Below are positions 38,735-50,409 of a DNA stretch of 64,000 nt, in pieces. Position 1 is the first letter of the stretch. Each line of letters starts with the position of its first letter. Source of the DNA: Octopus bimaculoides. Lineage: Eukaryota. The DNA lies in contig NC_068993.1 in NCBI RefSeq assembly GCF_001194135.2, forward strand, positions 15,959,714 to 16,023,713. Direction: 5' to 3'. Under the pieces are notes generated by a model. It made no database searches. It was not told the DNA's origin and saw only the letters and a list, made by a program, of their open reading frames with translations. The translations under genes were made by a program, and so were the position numbers.

Positions 38735-38735
<1 letters not shown>
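38570..38735 (+). mobile_element. PLE-type terminal repeat, family H (degenerate hammerhead at 38615-38639)
   Basis: GUGAUGA G CGUAGGCA C GAA ACGU C, with palindromic stem III ACGU and a GUC triplet. Homologous to 22635-22830. Confidence 0.65.
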
Positions 38736-38772
<37 letters not shown>

Positions 38773-39436
38773 AGGGTAATAAATTGGATATTAATTTAAT
38801 TAACACCAATTTAAATCCAGTGGCCTAGCATAAAGAAAATTCAGAAAATTCAGAAAAATTATATTACATACATGTGAGAAGGGATGACCACTAAGTTGAT
38901 GGTCGATTTCTAGCGTAAAGGATGTGTGATTTACGTTATACGAATTCAGAAACTTCGGGAGATGTCAAATAAACCGCTTTTAGCGGTGGAACGTGAAGTA
39001 CAAATAACACAAACTAACAAATTGTGAATATTGTTTACAGAAGATGTTGGTTCGAATCGCATGTGCAGCGTTCGATATTTTCCATCTTAGTGGAGTTTTT
39101 AAAGAAAATTCGTGATTTATTATTCATAGTTTTAGCTACTTTGCTTTCCACCGTTATAAAGGATATGTATCTGCATCTGTATGTGTGTACGAGTGTGTGG
39201 GTGTGTCTGTGTGTCTATCTGTCTGTCTGTATAAATAGACAGAGAGAACGTGTGACAGAATAAGAGAGACAGATAGCCAGAATGTGAGAGAGAAAGAAAG
39301 AGAGATAAATGTATAACGCAGTATACGGTTTTTTCAAATAGCTCCAATGGTGAAATACCGACCTATGCTTAAAAAGCGTTACTAATATTAAACACGGGTC
39401 TGTGCGCGCGTGCGCGCGTGTGTGAGCATTTCTATA

Positions 39437-39483
<47 letters not shown>

Positions 39484-39730
39484 AAGTATAAACAGATAGT
39501 TTAGGTCTGTTTACCTCATTCGATCGATATATATGTGCGCGCGCGTATTTTCGGCCGTGTACCTATGTATGTACGTATGTAGGTTGGTAGCCATGTATAT
39601 AAGTATGTGCGTACGTATGCAGGTATGTATGCGTGCATATGCGTGTGTTATATAATTCCTCTCTCAGCTTGCGGAGCGCACTTTTAAAATAACACAGAAA
39701 AACAAATGTATATACACACATATATATCCC

Positions 39731-39775
<45 letters not shown>

Positions 39776-39928
39776 NNNNNNNNNNNNNNNNNNNNNNNNN
39801 NNNNNNNNNNNNNNNNNNNNNNNNNNNNNNNNNNNNNNNNNNNNNNNNNNNNNNNNNNNNNNNNNNNNNNNNNNNNNNNNNNNNNNNNNNNNNNNNNNNN
39901 NNNNNNNNNNNNNNNNNNNNNNNNNNNN

Positions 39929-39975
<47 letters not shown>

Positions 39976-40816
39976 CATACATACATACATACATACATAC
40001 ATACATACATACTTGTGTAAAGGTGCATGTATATGATGTGTATATTAATGTATAAACGTCACCTATGTATGCAAATTTATATTGAAATTTGAAAAGAAAA
40101 AAAAATAGATTTTTCTCTTGTTGGTGTATTGTTCATATTTTGTTTTGGTGTTTAGGTAAAAGCTTGCAAGCAACATATAAGTTATGATAAAGACACCATT
40201 TGGAGACCATTAAATGGAAGTTAATGTATGAAAATACCTATTCTCGAACAACAACACACACACATACGTCTACATATCTACACATATATATCTACGTGTA
40301 TATATGTCTATTTATACATATACATATATTTATATACATACATATATGCATATATATATATATTATATATATATGTATTACCATTAACTTTTCCCCCCTT
40401 GCTTGCTATATATTATCACCTTTTGGCAAATCTTCTTATCTGGGGTGAGTTAAGTGTTTTATTTACGCTACGCATGATTATTTTTTTTATTTTCTTTTAG
40501 GTTCTCTGTTTTGTTTCTTTGAATCATATTTGTGTTATTTTGTTGTTATTTTTGTATGTTATTTATTATTATTATTATTATTTTATTTTTCATTTTATGT
40601 AGCTTTAAACTTCGATTTTGTTACATTTTAAGACTTTATGTTGCTTTTATTATTATTTCAATACCATTTTTTTCTTCCTATTTATCTATGTGTATATATA
40701 TGTATTTATATATATTTTGCTTCTTTTGTTTTCATGTATTTGTGTGATGTTTTCCAGGTATATATGATGTTTCTATGTATATAGATACGTATGTATATAT
40801 GAATGCACCTATCTAT

Positions 40817-40883
<67 letters not shown>

Positions 40884-41335
40884 TGTATATATGTATGTGT
40901 ATACATCTATATGTACGTATGTAAGCATGTATACGTATCTATGGATGTATTATATATATGTATGTCTGTATGTATAATTGTACGTATATATGTACATATA
41001 AACGTGTTTATATATTTATGTATGTAATCTTGCGTTTCTCTGTAATTTCCTCTTCAAAATAGAGAGGTTATAAATACTTCAAAGTTGAATGGAGGGAGGC
41101 AATTCATATATCTTTTTCATTGTTGTTGTTCTTGTTGTTGTTCATGATGTTGTTTTTTTTCAAATTCTAGTTTATTTATATATTCATTTATGACGTTATT
41201 TTTTTTCTGTAATCCTTCGGTTTTTTTTTTTGTGTGTATGTGAGTGTATGTGTTGGAGTGATGATGCGGTTATTAAACTGAAAGTGATGGCGATGGTCTT
41301 GGTAATAGCAATTTTGTGAAACGTGTTGATCATAG

Positions 41336-41369
<34 letters not shown>

Positions 41370-41439
41370 GGTGGAGCCGGTCGTCGTGGTCGTGGTGGTA
41401 GTGTTAGTGGGAAGTGACGTTAGTCGTAAGGAGAATGGC

Positions 41440-41690
41440 TTTAATAGAGATGCCTTCAGGTGGTAAACTGCTAAATGTCGATGTTGTTGTTTATTCCTGC
41501 AGAGCAGGTCTTGAGGAGACGTGTGATCAATGACGTTCCAGTTTCATGTTTCTCTGAGGCATTGCGATATCTCACAGTACATTGGCCAATATGTGCCTCA
41601 CCTTCCGAGATGTCCTCATTGTACTTTGAGGAAAATCTTCTTCATATTTCAAGGTTGAGCGATATCATAAAGCATTCACTCAGTAACACG
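41440..41690 (-). mobile_element. Possible decayed RTE-clade LINE 3' end
   Basis: MKKIFLKVQ*GHLGR..MYCEISQ resembles MLMKxQLRWAGHLxRM..YGELxxG. The segment is followed downstream by (ACC)n/(AAC)n. Confidence 0.3.
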
Positions 41691-41704
41691 AGTCGGTTAT
41701 ACTA

Positions 41705-41708
41705 ATGA

Positions 41709-41751
<43 letters not shown>

Positions 41752-41752
41752 T

Positions 41753-41829
<77 letters not shown>

Positions 41830-41980
41830 TGTTGTTGTTGTAATAGTTGTTCTTGCGGCTGTTATTGTTATTGCTGATGGTGGTGGTGCTGGTAGTGATG
41901 GTGGTGGTGGTGGTAGTTGTAGGGATTGCTGGTGGAGAAGCTAGTGGTGGTGGGGGAGGGGGGTAGTCGTCGTCGTCGTC
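41705..41980. repeat. Compound TAG/CAG/TTG/TGG/CGT trinucleotide tract
   Basis: Direct reading. Confidence 0.95.
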
Positions 41981-42234
41981 GTTTTGCTTATACATCAAGT
42001 GATGTGGTAAACAAGCGATTTTTCTAATTTGCTATCATTATTATCGTTGCTATGCTGAACTGGTTCTTTAGCAGGGCCGGATAAAACGCTGAGTTCAAAA
42101 CGTAAAGACGGACGAAGTATCGCTTGCACCGCAAATTTCATTTTCTGCCTGTGCGTGTGTGTAGGCATAAGTGCTAGAATTTAATATAAACACTCCAAAT
42201 AGAATTTTATTTTTAAAAAATTTCTTTTACTTTT

Positions 42235-42565
42235 TTTACTTGTTCCAGCCGTGCTGGGGCACAGCTTTGAGGAATTTTAGTCGAAATTATCGACCTCAAT
42301 ACATTTTATGTCTAATACTTATTCTATTGTTTCTGCGTAACCGTTAAGTTACAGGGATGTAAATACACCAACACCGGTTGTCAATCGGCCGTAGGGTATA
42401 CACACATCTCTTTCAGTTTCTCTCTCCCAAATTCATTCAAAAGGGTTTGATCGGTACAAAAATATAGTACAAAATAACAGCCTAAGGTGCCACACGGTGG
42501 GACTGAACGTAGAACCATGTGGTTGGGAAGGAAATTTCTTACAACACAACCACGGCTACACCTGT
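42235..42565 (-). mobile_element. SINE family E head and body with a hairpin-type tail
   Basis: Head AAGGTGCCACACGGTGGGACTGAACGTAGAACCATGTGGTTGGGAAG. Tail GTCGAAATTATCGAC and GTGCTGGGGCACAGC resembles 16540-16670. Confidence 0.7.
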
Positions 42566-42638
42566 GTGTATAACATTTATAATATTCATACAAATGTAGA
42601 ATGCCTCTGTAAAATTTTATATGTAAATTTTATCGCAG

Positions 42639-42681
42639 GGAAATTTCTCAGAAGTGAATTGTGTTAGAGAAACACAGCTCG
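42639..42681 (+). CDS. Candidate 43-nt internal exon (GNFSEVNCVRETQL)
   Basis: Acceptor ttttatcgcag, donor TCG/gtaaga, one open frame (phase 0 to 1). No homology was recognised. Confidence 0.25.
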
Positions 42682-44619
42682 GTAAGAATGCCATTGGTGG
42701 ATTGTCAGATATTATGTTTCTTACAATTAAATGAACCTTTTGTTTATGGATTTCTATATCGGAACATTTTTTGTTTTTTTTTTCGGTGGGGGGGATTTTT
42801 TCGGCTTACTCCAGAACGTCGGGGATGATTGTCACTGACGAAACCAAATGACGTCAAAACAGCATGTCATACAATCTGCAAACGATATTGTTTTGTAATA
42901 GCAGAATATGTTACATATCAAGATCTTTCGTCAATTAATGATCAAGTCATTTATAGTGTTATTCTTCACTCTATAAAGTTATTAACTTGGTTCAATGTTT
43001 CCTGACAGTGCTGAAAATTCGTGAATTGCAGGAAGAAATTTTGGAATACCGGAAGGAAATTTGGGAATTATCCTTATACTAAAAATTTTCTTTGTAGTCA
43101 TCGTTTTCTTTTACTTTATTTTTTGTAGACATTTATCTCCCTTCATACTAAATTTAAGCATGCTAATGTTAAATTAATAAAATGCTGTTAATACTATGCA
43201 ATAAACATTTATTGTATATGTGTATATATACGTGCGTGTGAGTGTATGTAACTCCATATATACACGCACACACACACGCACGCACACACACAGTGATAAA
43301 GAGATTTTCCACATTTGTAATTTTATTACACAGTTAATACAGCATTCCCCCCCTTGAAGCTATGCGCGAGTCGGCTGCATCAACTGCACACTGCTAAGTG
43401 TGCATCTTGGTGTACATCTTCAAATACGTAGCCATGTTATTTCTCCCATATATATATATAAACATTCCGAGTTCGAAGCCTCTCATCATCAACTATTTAT
43501 AGTTGCAAAGTTTAATGTGGTCGAACCAACACTTGTTGTTTTTCTCTCTCCTCGTTTTATTTTAATTTTCCGAAACTTTATTTAATATAAAATAAAGTTT
43601 GCAATTTGTTAAAGAAGTCTGCAATATTTGTGTTTCTATTCCATCTTGACTTTGATGCTAAAAATACATTTTGTTTTCAAACGTTATCTCTTTTGAAACT
43701 TCGTAAATATTCCGCAAACTTTTGTGTATTGCTGTAGCAGGAAGAGCTAATCACCACACCTCATTGGTGGCTACACCCACCAGTCACAAATCTAGGAAAA
43801 AATTATAACGCAGTTTCTAAATATGAAATCAGTAAAAAAGGAAAAAATACTTGTAACAGCGAAATGATAAACACCAGACAAGAGAAGAAAATAATAACAT
43901 TACGACAAATAGCGGTGAGAATATTGACTTAAATAATACATGAATCGAAAATGTAAACAACAAGAAGAATGACGATGATGGCAACAAACATACATTGACG
44001 AGAGCCAAGGAAAAACATGGATATTTTAGATTTAAGCAAAACAACAATAACTGCAATAACAAAGAGAAGAGTAAAACAGTAGCAGAAATCATAGAAAGAA
44101 ATAACACCACTTGTACCACCACCACCATCACCACCACCACCACCAACACCACCAACACCACCACCACCACCACCACCACCACCACCACCACCACCACCAC
44201 TGTTATAAACATCATTGACTTAACACCGTCACTAGCAGAGTAGTTGCTATCAGTTTCGCTAACGGTTTGTTTACGTCCGACACAAGGTCTAATTCCTATA
44301 TCGCCACAAGATATAAAAGACGGCAAGAATATGATAAGCTCAGAAGAAAAATTACATTAATCGTGTCACAGCCTATCTAGGAGGATTATAGTACTGTAAA
44401 GGGTTGAATATCAAACGGGAGGTGCTAGAGACGCAAGACCAAGTCGAAAAGTGCCTCAAATCAATTTGGTAATCAAAATCTACGTGGCTTGAGAGAGGAT
44501 TCGATACAGTTCAGGTGAGGTTTCCGACCGATATCGAAGCCAACGAATGCTCTGTGGCTTTCCTATAAAGTTTTTTTCTCTGGCCCTCACAATAATCTAC
44601 TTCGGCTATATAGTGGGGT

Positions 44620-44930
44620 TAAAACAGAGAATGATTGATGTATCCCAGAGGGCAGAAGACAAGTTGACACATATGTGGTACCAACAACCATCTAAGGGAT
44701 TTCTGTCCACTTCAAAAAAGAGAGAGAGAAGGGAGGCCCTACGCAATTACTGTTGGCTATACCATTACCAAAAAGTACACTAACATCAACAACGTGAAAT
44801 ATAAGCTCTGCAATGTTAGATCTAAGGCAAATGAACGAAACTCAAAGGAGCGAAAGTCGATCGATAAGCCTGGTGGCAGAGGTGCTGCGCATCAACACAT
44901 TCACAACACTACAAACATGGAGAATAGTAT
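44620..44930 (+). mobile_element. LINE ORF1/gag-like remnant with a CCHC zinc knuckle
   Basis: MYPRGQKTS[TGA]HICGTNNHLRDFCP at 44638-44709 gives C-x2-C-x4-H-x4-C if the TGA was a Cys codon. The preceding YxGQxxxC context is typical of L1/Tx1 ORF1. Confidence 0.5.
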
Positions 44931-44934
44931 TGGC

Positions 44935-45174
44935 AATAAACTATAATCTAATTATTTACATTATTTACACTTCACAGATATTTGTCCTTATCTTGTTTGT
45001 TGTTAACACGTTTCGGCTGATATACCGACCAGCCTTCATCAGGTGCCTTGCGGAAATTTCGAACCTGGGTTCTCATTCCTAAGGTATTTTTCGATGTTGT
45101 TATTATTATTATTATTATCATTATTACTATTATTATTATTATTATCATCATCATCATTATTATTATTATCATCA

Positions 45175-45209
<35 letters not shown>

Positions 45210-45288
45210 TTTATTCAGGTCACTACGTGGAATCAAACTCGGAATCTTGGGGTTAGTAGCCCGCGCTCATAACCACTACGCCATATGC
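44935..45288 (-). mobile_element. Chimeric element: tRNA-like head + (AAT/CAT)n + hammerhead-bearing tail
   Basis: Head with A box TGGCGTAGTGG and B box GAGTTTGATTCC (45215-45288), microsatellite at 45095-45214, then GGCAC CUGAUGA A GGCUG..CAGCC GAAAC GUGUU at 45005-45047. Confidence 0.75.
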
Positions 45289-45347
45289 TCTGTGGCGTTC
45301 CTGTAAAGTAATTTATCTGGCCCTCGCAGTGATCTACTTCGGCTATA

Positions 45348-45432
45348 TAGTGATTAAGATCCCGGGCTACTAACCATCAGATTCCGAGTTCGATTCCAGG
45401 CAATGACCTGAATAATAATAATNNNNNNNNNN

Positions 45433-45503
<71 letters not shown>
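45348..45503 (+). mobile_element. Second, 5'-truncated copy of the same tRNA head plus (AAT)n, opposite orientation
   Basis: CGGGCTACTAACC..AGATTCCGAGTTCGATTCCAGGCAATGACCTGAATAAT matches the reverse complement of 45212-45275. Confidence 0.8.
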
Positions 45504-45505
<2 letters not shown>

Positions 45506-45732
45506 CTCGAGCTGAAATCTTTTGCAACTTGTAGAAACGCTTAGAAATGTCCAGTGGCATTACTTCCGGCTTTACGATTTGGTTTCACTTGCCGCCTGGC
45601 ATACGGCTTAGTAGCCTTTATCTTTGGGTTCTAATCCAGCCTTATGTACTTTGACTTTCATTTCTCTCAAGGGTGGATAAGGAATTTGTTGGTGATAGTT
45701 TAATCCACTAATCCTTATCAGCAATGACTTAT

Positions 45733-45765
<33 letters not shown>

Positions 45766-47403
45766 GTAGATGTGATCCTATTTCGTTTTCACTTACGGGA
45801 GAAATTCCTTAGAGGGGGAAAAAAGAAAATTACGCTCTTTCATATCTGCGCTCCCCAAATATTATTTACACGTATCGAAGAAGAGAAGAAAGATTATCCA
45901 GTGTTTGAATGAAATGAGAAAGAAAGAAACAAAGAAACAAACAAACAAACAAACAAAGAAAATGAATAAAAAATACACGGAGAACGGAAGAAATGACAAA
46001 AACGCAAAGAAGAGAAACTATCAAAATACCTTATGTGTAAATGAAATTATATATGGAGGAAAGATTTGTGCATCAAATGTATATAAGAATCAAGGAATTA
46101 CGGCATCAACAAATGATGGAATAACGGAAATTTGTCATAAGACGAAAAAGCAAAGCAAAAAGAATGCCACATTTCCAAACCTACATACATACATATNNNN
46201 NNNNNNTATATATATGTATGTATGCATATATAAATACATAAATACATAAATACATATATACAAACAGATAGACGGGCAGACAAGAGTGGCAATAATGAAA
46301 TACTGCTAAGAAAAAAAATGAAAGTAAACGCCGACGTATCAAGACGAATGAGGAAGGAATATTTGATGAACGAGAATAATTACGAAAGAAAGAGAAGACA
46401 TGTCATTTATAGTTCCTTCTCATTCGTTGCAACACAGTTAATTTTTGAATGTCAATATTTCATAATTATAATTGGTAGGGTCGTCAACAGATATATAAAT
46501 TAAGTTCCCATCATGCCATAGTGCTTTGATAATGGCGGCTGCAAATTAGTTTTGTTTCTTTTATTGTTGTTGTTGTTTTTGCTTTTCTTTTTTTGTTCAC
46601 AAAAGTGACCTGACATCTGTTATATATTTCCTATACATGCTGTGGCCATCATAACTCTTGGAGAGAACTTTATTGTTTCCAAGACAAACTGTCACCTGCA
46701 GATATTTCGCAATCGCACACACACCAACTCACAGACACAATACACACACACACACACAGACAATACACACACGTGTAAAAAGCACACATGTATAAGCACG
46801 TTCATGCATGCATATTTATATACACGATCATATAGACACATATCAGTGTGTGTGAGTGTATATATATGTAAGTATGTATGTATGTATACAGAAAAAAACA
46901 TGCATAGAAATGAGATATTTTACGTTAATTCAATACGGTCGCTCTCTCTCTCTATCTCTCTCTCTCTCTCTCTATCCATCTCTATCTATTAACCTATATA
47001 NNNNNNNNNNTATATATATATATATATATATATATGAATAGAGAGAAAGAAAAGAGAAAGAGAGATACATACATATATATATAAGAGAGGTACATACATA
47101 CAGATATATTATTGTGTCCGTTTGTAAGTATGTATATGTAAATATGGGTAAGTGTAAGATATCCCACACATACACAAGCATACACTATGTCAATACACAT
47201 GCTTATCATACATATATAAATATATCAGACACACACACATTGTGTTACTAAAATAATCCCAAGGTCATATATATATGCGTATGTAATTTTTATATATATA
47301 TATTGTAAATATACATGTACGTGTGTGTGTGTGTTTATATATACTCATATATATNNNNNNNNNNNNNNNNNNNNNNNNNNNNNNNNNNNNNNNNNNNNNN
47401 NNN

Positions 47404-47436
<33 letters not shown>

Positions 47437-47918
47437 GCACACACGTTTGTATATGCATATATATACATATATATATTCATGCATGCAGTATGCGTGTGTA
47501 CGTACTTTATATGCATCGATGTACGTATGCATCTTAGCATGCATATAGATCATTCTCGTATATTCTCGTATATGAATGCTGCATATACGAGCATTTAACT
47601 ATGTATTTGTGAGCATGCGTACTTAAATACATATCAGATGTGAGTGTATGCGCGTAAGCATGCGTCTTCACGTAATATATTACGATAGGTGTTTAGCTGT
47701 CAGTAAAATAAGGATTTTTCTAGGAAGGAACCTTTGTAATTTTTGTATTATAGAACAATTATAGATTCCTTAAGGCAACACACTATATTTTTTTGAAGCC
47801 TGTTCGTTTTTGTTTGTTTTGTTTTATTTTTACACCAGCTTACGCCATTAATCTGTCATTCTTGTCTTGTTTTATTTCATTATGTGTTGGTTTGCATTTT
47901 CTTTTTTTATACCTAAAG

Positions 47919-47967
47919 ATCCAACTCCCGGAGCAAATGTCGATCAGAAAGAAACTCTCATCATGAG
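47919..47967 (+). CDS. Candidate 49-nt internal exon (DPTPGANVDQKETLIM)
   Basis: Long pyrimidine tract ending in taaag, donor GAG/gttaga. Its phase-1 start is compatible with the 42639 candidate. Confidence 0.25.
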
Positions 47968-47984
47968 GTTAGATGCGTTGATGT

Positions 47985-48096
47985 GTCGTTGGGTTGCTGT
48001 GGGGGATGTACGTGTGTATGGGTGTGCGGTTGTGCGATTGTGTAATCGTGTAGTTCGACTGATTATGTGCGCGTGCGCTTCTGTGCGACTGCGTAC

Positions 48097-48144
<48 letters not shown>

Positions 48145-48900
48145 TTGTGTGTGTGTGTGTGTGTGGATGTGTGTTAGTGAGGTTGTGAGTTGTGAGACTG
48201 TGTAGATACATGTTTGTGCTGGTTGAATGCCTATGTGATTGTGTTCTTGTGTAGAGATGTACATGTGCTGTTGTGAGGTTATGTAGTGATGTAGACTTGG
48301 ATATACGAGACTAGGTAAACGTGTGGTTGTGTTAATGTATGGTTGTGAGGTCGTGTCGTTGTGTTGCTGTGAGGATGTGTGAGTGTATGGACGTGCGGTT
48401 GGGCGACTGTGTAATTATGCAGTTGGTCCGATTATGTGCAGTTGTGAGTGAGCGCGTGCGTTTGTGTATGAGTGTGTATGTGTGTGTTTGCGTGTGTGTG
48501 TTGTGTGTGTTTGTTTGTGCAATTGTGAGTCTGTGTTCATGTATAGTTGTTGAGGTTGCGTCGTTTCGTTGCTGTGAGAATGTATGGACGTACGGACGAG
48601 AGTTGTGTGGCTGAGTGCACCTATGGCTTGTGTGATAGCGTAAAATATGTGGCTATGAAAGTTATGTGATTATATATGTGTGGATGTATGCCTGTGAAAG
48701 TATATTGATGCGTGGGTAAATCGTTGTATTGTGAATATGTGCAATGTTTGATTGCGTGTGCGTTGTTGTGTTGATATGAGGTAGTGTGGTTACGTGATTG
48801 TATGAATGTGTAATAGTGTGGATGTATGCTTCTGTGGATGTGTTGTTATTTGTGGTATAGTGTGTGTGTGTGTGTGCGTGTGTGTGTGCGCGCGCGCGTT
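47985..48900. repeat. Degenerate TG-rich cryptic simple sequence
   Basis: About 900 bp of scrambled GTGT/GTTGT/TGAG words with a strong G+T strand bias. Confidence 0.85.
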
Positions 48901-49039
48901 CCCTGCTTCGTTTGATCTGTGGGCATCATGGTAACATACTTCCCGAAATGCCTCCATTTAACCCCTCCATCTTCAGCTTACTACCTCATCAGTGCAATAA
49001 TTGGCATTATCACCATCGTCGTAGTCGTTGACGTCATTG

Positions 49040-49075
<36 letters not shown>

Positions 49076-49164
49076 CCATCATCAGGATAATCAGCATCTC
49101 ATCCACGACAATCACCGTTAATAATAGTGCTGATGATGATGACGACAATGACGTCATGGGTAAG

Positions 49165-49394
49165 TACCTATCTTATTTCTTTATTGCCCATAGGGGGCTA
49201 CACACAGAGAGGATAAACAAGGACAGACAAACGGATTAAGTCGATTATATCGACCCCAGTGCGTAACTGGTACTTATTTAATCGACCCCGAAAGGATGAA
49301 AGGCAAAGTCGACCTCGTCGGAATTTGAACTCAGAACGTAGCGCCAGACGAAATACCGCTAAGCATTTCGCCCGGCGTGCTAACGTTCGCCACC
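49165..49394 (-). mobile_element. Young SINE family A copy
   Basis: Full body, including the B-box-like GAGTTCAAATTCC and the twin hairpins at 49240-49270. Confidence 0.9.
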
Positions 49395-49893
49395 ATGTGT
49401 GTGTGTGTGTGTGTGTNNNNNNNNNNNNNNNNNNNNNNNNNNNNNNNNNNNNNNNNNNNNNNNNNNNNNNNNNNNNNNNNNNNNNNNNNNNNNNNNNNNN
49501 NNNNNNNNNNNNNNNNNNNNNNNNNNNNNNNNNNNNNNNNNNNNNNNNNNNNNNNNNNNNNNNNNNNNNNNNNNNNNNNNNNNNNNNNNNNNNNNNNNNN
49601 NNNNNNNNNNNNNNNNNNNNNNNNNNNNNNNNNNNNNNNNNNNNNNNNNNNNNNNNNNNNNNNNNNNNNNNNNNNNNNNNNNNNNNNNNNNNNNNNNNNN
49701 NNNNNNNNNNNNNNNNNNNNNNNNNNNNNNNNNNNNNNNNNNNNNNNNNNNNNNNNNNNNNNNNNNNNNNNNNNNNNNNNNNNNNNNNNGGGGAGTAGCC
49801 GCTCACATCCACTCCAGTGTGAATGTATACATGTGTCATACGGGTTTCCTATGTGAACAAGAATGTTTGAATGTGTGTATATGTCTGTACGTG

Positions 49894-50275
49894 GAGGCGC
49901 AATGGCCCAGTGGTTAGGGTAGCAGACTCGCGGTCGTAGGATCACAGTTTTGATTCCCAGACCTGGCATTGTGAGTGTTTATTGAGCGAAAACACTTAAA
50001 GTTCCACGAGGCTCCGGCAGGGGGTGATGGCGAACCCTGCTGTACTCTTTCACCGCAACTTTCTCTCACTCTTTCTTCCTATTTCTGTTGTACCTGTATT
50101 TCAAAAGGTCAGCCTTGTCGCACTTTGTGTCACGTTGAATCGCCCCGAGAACTACGTTAAGAGTACACGTGCCTGTGAAGTACTCAGCCACTTGCACGTT
50201 AATTTCACGAGCAGGCTGTTCCGTTGATCGGATCAACTGGAACCCTCGTCGTCGTAACCGACGGAGTGCCAACCA
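49894..50275 (+). mobile_element. Full-length tRNA-derived SINE family B with a 15-bp target-site duplication
   Basis: A box TGGCCCAGTGG, B box GTTTTGATTCCC. TSD ATATGTCTGTACGTG at 49879-49893 and 50276-50290. Confidence 0.9.
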
Positions 50276-50409
50276 ATATGTCTGTACGTGTGTTTTCATG
50301 CATGCATATATTCAAATTTTTCTTTGTATAGGTTTTTCTGTGTACAGTAATCGTTCAACTATCGCGGGTGATAGTTCCAAAACCTCGTACACGTAATGCT
50401 CACATCCAC

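Larger units (their letters stand above)
2074..49789. other. About 19 large and several small assembly gaps, roughly 7.5 kb in total
   Basis: N-runs include 2074-2554, 3271-4029, 6421-7265, 21288-21867, 24319-24875 and 35360-36218. Nearly all abut (TA)n or (CA)n. Confidence 0.98.

Noticed and set aside
41475-41705. Plus-strand ORF with a good acceptor (ttcctgcag) as an exon
   Set aside because: The opposite strand looks like a decayed RTE end and the peptide is not recognisable. It was left unresolved rather than called.
48977-49160. Apparent transmembrane exon (YYLISAIIGIITIVVVV..) with a gtaagt donor
   Set aside because: The hydrophobicity comes from (ATC)n, the donor abuts a SINE tail, and the phase does not match the upstream candidate.
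1994-49969. Long ORFs containing X runs
   Set aside because: They are open only because N-runs contain no stop codons.
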